Shown here: positions 59,665-64,000 of the stretch, one piece after another
Layout of the letters: each line of letters begins with the position of its first letter
Position numbering within the stretch: position 1 is the stretch's first letter
Source of the DNA: Gracilinanus agilis
Lineage: Eukaryota
Length of the DNA stretch: 64,000 bases
Assembly: GCF_016433145.1 (NCBI RefSeq)
Contig: NC_058130.1
Span: 350,951,010-351,015,009 of the forward strand
Reading direction: 5' to 3'
Notes under the pieces: model-generated
The model's database searches: none
What the model was told of the DNA's origin: nothing
What the model saw: only the letters and a program-made list of their open reading frames with translations
Position numbers and translations under genes: made by a program

Positions 59665-59965
59665 TATAGTCAGTCTAGGCATTTATTAAGCTAATACCGT
59701 GTGTTAGACGTTAAGGACTGGGGATACGAATAAAGGCAGAAGATAGCTTCTGCCCTCTAGGAGCTCACAGTCTAATGAGTGAATACAGCATGAAAACAGC
59801 TCTGTACGAAAAAGCTATGGACAAGAGAAATTGGAGATAATCCACAAAACCATAGTAGTGAATTAGTTAACCCATTAAGTGGGTTCAGGAAAGTCTTCTT
59901 GTAGAAGATGAGATTTTAGCTGAGGTTTGAAGGAAGCCAGGGAAGCTTAAAGGTGAAGATGGAGA
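59665..59965 (-). mobile_element. L2 3' fragment
   Basis: agtcagtctaggcatttattaagc...gccctctaggagctcacagtctaatg. Confidence 0.7.
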
Positions 59966-59984
59966 GAATTCCAGGCATGTTCAA

Positions 59985-60715
59985 ACTCTGTCCCTCTCTC
60001 CCTCCTCCCTTCCCCCTCCCTGTCTCTGTCTCTGTCTCTCTTTCTCTCTTTCTCTCCTTCTCGCTTTCTCCCTTTCTCCTTCTCTCTCCATCTCTCTCCC
60101 TTTCTCTGACTCTCCTCTTTTTCTCCCTCTCTCTCCCTCTTACCCTCTCCTTCTCCCCACCCCCTTTCTCCTCCCTCTCCCTTTCTCTCTCCTCTCTCTT
60201 CCTTTCTCTCTCTCCCTGCCCCTCTCTGTCTCTGTCTTTGTCTCTGTCTCTGTCTCTCTCTTTCTCACTTNNNNNNNNNNNNNNNNNNNNNNNNNNNNNN
60301 NNNNNNNNNNNNNNNNNNNNNNNNNNNNNNNNNNNNNNNNNNNNNNNNNNNNNNNNNNNNNNNNNNNNNNNNNNNNNNNNNNNNNNNNNNNNNNNNNNNN
60401 NNNNNNNNNNNNNNNNNNNNNNNNNNNNNNNNNNNNNNNNNNNNNNNNNNNNNNNNNNNNNNNNNNNNNNNNNNNNNNNNNNNNNNNNNNNNNNNNNNNN
60501 NNNNNNNNNNNNNNNNNNNNNNNNNNNNNNNNNNNNNNNNNNNNNNNNNNNNNNNNNNNNNNNNNNNNNNNNNCATCTCTGTCTCCTCCCTCCCTCCTGT
60601 TCTCTCTGTCTCTCTCTGTCTCTCCCCCCCCCCCGTCCCTTTCTCCTCCCCCTTCTCCCATCCTCACCCATCCTCATCCCCCTTTCTGTCTCTTGCCATC
60701 TCCATCTCTTTCTGC
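59985..60715. repeat. Long (TC)/(TCTCTG)-rich polypyrimidine low-complexity tract containing a 303-N gap (60271-60573)
   Basis: Direct inspection. Confidence 0.9.
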
Positions 60716-62284
60716 CTGTCATGTGAATATTGAACTATTCTTACCAAAAGATACTCCTAGGCTAGGAATGGAATGGCATTGTCTTAATTTTTAGAACAAA
60801 ATGTATCTTGGCATTATGAAATTCAGAGGGAATTACAGCTTTAACTACTTGTGACCATTAATGCTACTTGGGTAAGTGATGACAGAAAACCCCAAAACAT
60901 TTTGTATTAATCCTTTGTTGAATTCACTGTTAAGAGGCTTTCCATAAGCAACAGCAGACTGGGACTGCTACTAATATAAAATTGTGCCTGAGTGGAAATC
61001 TGCCCTTTTATACAGAGGCAAGCCCAAGGCAAAATCATTCCCACACTTGGAGAAAAATTGCTCAACTTGAACCAAGCTCTTAAGTATGATAAACAGGGCA
61101 ACCCATCAGAAGGGGCTTGTACATCACAATTTCTTTAGGTACTTTGAAATGTATTAGAAATAGGCCCCATCTGGCCAGCTGTCAGAAATTCTATGAAAAT
61201 TCAGGCTTTTGCATATTGAGCCATATAATATATGAAACAGATGTGAAGAATACAGGTGTTAAGAACTGTGCCTAGAGGATTAGTCACCTATTCTTTAATG
61301 AGGTATGCACCTGCTATATGGGATGATACAACACACAGAACAGCTACAAATGGGGGCCTTTTAGGTATATTCAGATATTGAATAGTATATGATAAGCCAA
61401 AATATGAAATCTCACTATTATGGAACTTTTAAATTTGGAAATTAACTCAAGGCTCATTTGAAGAATTTTGCTTGATATTATTCTATTTCTCTCCCCTAAT
61501 CGTTTTTAGTGGACCCCCCCCACACACACACTTCTGACCTTCCGATACCTAGTTCCTTCTACTTTCTTCGACTCTTAAAAAGCAAGGAAGGACTCATAAT
61601 TAATTATCAGGTGATATGATGGGAGAAGAAAGGAAGAAGTAAAGATATTTACTTCCAAAGGACTAGGAAATCTTGAAAAATCTTTACGAGGCTTCTAAGA
61701 TGTCAGGGAAAGTGGGATAGAAGTATCAGAAGACTTATTGAAAATCTTGTAAATAATTTTTAAAAAGGCTCTTTAGAATAGTAAACATTTGTTTCCTTTG
61801 CTTCATAGCTAAGCAAACAAGAGAGGTTGCCAGGAAGTTTGCCTTACTTGCTAAGGACTCTAGCTGATAGGCAGTTTTATTGAGGGTTCTGGAGAAATCA
61901 AGACTGTCCAAAATTCCTTCCACCTTCTCTTCACAGAGCAGAACTTAACAGCAAAATGATGATTTAGAAGTTAATGACAAACAATCTGAACCAATACCCC
62001 CTACTTCTTTAATTTCATTATAGTTGTGCTTCTTGTGTAAGAGAAGAGATGGAATGGGTTCTGATAGCTTTAGAATATCTTCAGTTTTAATATTTTAATT
62101 TGGCTGCTTATTTTGAATATTTTATCATTACTTTGTCAGTAAATGATTCTTTTTTAAAAATATGATTAAAAGGGTTTTTTGATTTTTTTGTTTTTTACTC
62201 TTAAGGGACTGCTACATGTTGTTTTGAAGCTAGGACTTTAGTAATAATTCTTGCAGAGGGCAATGCCTGTTTTGGTGCAATTTT

Positions 62285-62440
62285 ATGGCCTGGATTTTAG
62301 AGTCAGAGAGCCAGAATTCAAATTTTGTTTCTGCCACTTAATACTTAGATGATCTCCCTGTACCTTAGTTTCCCCACCTGTACAATTTAAGAGTTGGTCT
62401 AGATGGTCTTCCAAGATCTCTGACAGTTTTGTGAGTTCTA
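62285..62440 (+). mobile_element. MIR-family SINE
   Basis: ctggattttagagtcagagagccagaattcaaat...cttagtttccccacctgtac. Confidence 0.6.
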
Positions 62441-64000
62441 ATTTTTGTAATGGAAGTCAGTGGGGGAAATGGGTTTGCATATTTAGAAATTCATTTTGCA
62501 GGTAACTTTTGGATAATGCATTTATTCCACATATTAAATGATATACTTATATGTAATATAATAATACTAATCATATTGCAAAAAAATCACAGAACCACAG
62601 AATTTGAGAATTGGAAGGGACTCCAGTGGCCATCTAATTCAACTTATATCCTGAGGAAATCCTCCCTAAAAGATATGCAACATTTCTTGGAGATTCTGAG
62701 CTACTATATTTACTAGAATAATTCTTTCTCCCTTTCATTTTTAATGAAAAAAATTAACATAAAAATCAAGTTTCCCCTCGTTTCTATCCTGGTTTTTCCA
62801 TTGCATGAAAGGAGTGTAGAATGATGTATCATTTGATGATTAGTGTTTCTTCACAGGTAAGCCCAAGCAACCCTGAAGGCAATAATTGTACCGCAGACCA
62901 TTGCTGAGCCTTTAAAGGCTGGATAATAGGAACTGATGAGGCATGGAGCAATGATTAAATTTTTCTTAGTTATTTTCAGTAAAACACAACTTGCTCTTCT
63001 TTAACTGCACCTGTAGGCCTTGAGATTCAGGACTCATGATGCTGACTTGCTGGCAAATTATATGATGAAGAAATATTTTGTATTTCTTCCTCATAACTGG
63101 GGGGGGGAGTGGGTACAGAATTTTCTGAGATGGTAAATAAACATGGTAGTGTAGAATTCTATATTCCTTGTTGTTTCAGTGATGTTTTCTCCCAGATTAA
63201 AGGATGAGCATCATTATTGTCACACGAGTAAAAACGAGAGAGTTGTTAAGAATCAGGACTTCATTGGTAGAACTGTAGTCAGACATACCTTAGCTGCATT
63301 ATTCACCTCCTGTTGTATGAATAACACTCTTCATTTCAGGATTTCAAGGTCGATACTGTTTGAGCTCTGTGTATGTACTGTTGAGATATTGAATGTGATG
63401 GCCCCTAATTTATGTTTGGAAAAATTCAATCCTTCATATTCAAGGGTGCTTTATTTTAACCCCAATTAGTATCTTTGAGTCCAGGTGTCTTCCCTCCAGG
63501 AATCCTATAAGCAATGGTTTTAATTGTGCTATCGGTGCTTCACTAATTAGTGACCTAATTAGGCATTCCCTAGCATGGTGGCAGAAACAACATGTGGGCA
63601 GCCAAGATGATAGTCAATCTCATACTCCTTTTGGTTTCCTGTTTCCCATTGGCTGTGTTTCTCCCAGAGCCTCTTTCTCACCTTCTCAGCTGCTTTTTTC
63701 TCCTTCATGTTTTGATTGCACTTCTTAGTTGGTCTCCTTGGGAAGAAAGCTTTTTCTTCCTTTTTGGAGAAGTGGCGAATTAATGGGCCCCTTGGATTTC
63801 ACTCAGTCTCAATGGGAAGCCTTCAAAGTTGCCAGATACTAAGATATTTTGTTATATATAGCAGGGAGAGACCCCCAGGAAAATCAATTACATTTTAAAA
63901 AAATTAAATAAGCTACTTAGCACTTTGAAGAAAAAAAAATAAAGCACATTATCTTCCCAGCTTGGAGGAGCATGTAAATTAAGGGGCCATTTTGGTTCTT

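Noticed and set aside
59916-60726. Long ORFs of 268, 257 and 175 aa
   Set aside because: Artefacts of the TC/GA low-complexity tract and the N gap.

Overview
Marsupial genomic DNA, most likely a didelphid opossum given the SINE1_Mdo-, MAR1- and L1_Mdo-like repeats and strong CpG depletion. It holds the 5' half of ADAMTS6 on the + strand. Visible parts are a CpG-retaining promoter/first-exon region (about 1-1420), exon 2 (uORF-rich 5'UTR plus signal peptide, CDS from 9053) and coding exons 3-6 (12436-12800, 23688-23856, 44010-44224, 44976-45059). Together these give 310 in-frame codons covering the prodomain, furin site and start of the metalloprotease domain. Exon 7 is not visible and most likely lies in the 324-N gap at 45523-45846. 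The rest is intron filled with SINEs, L1, L2, CR1/L3 and TcMar/hAT MITE remnants. The most unusual feature is a roughly 210-bp, roughly 83%-identical tandem duplicate of the signal-peptide exon about 913 bp downstream, with ATG>ACG and donor GT>GG but an open frame. Other points of interest are alternative-splice candidates and several nested insertions whose order can be read from their target-site duplications. I found no evidence for a wholly new gene or system. Repeat boundaries are by eye (about +/-20 bp unless a TSD is given), and family names and human comparisons come from recalled sequences, not a database search.
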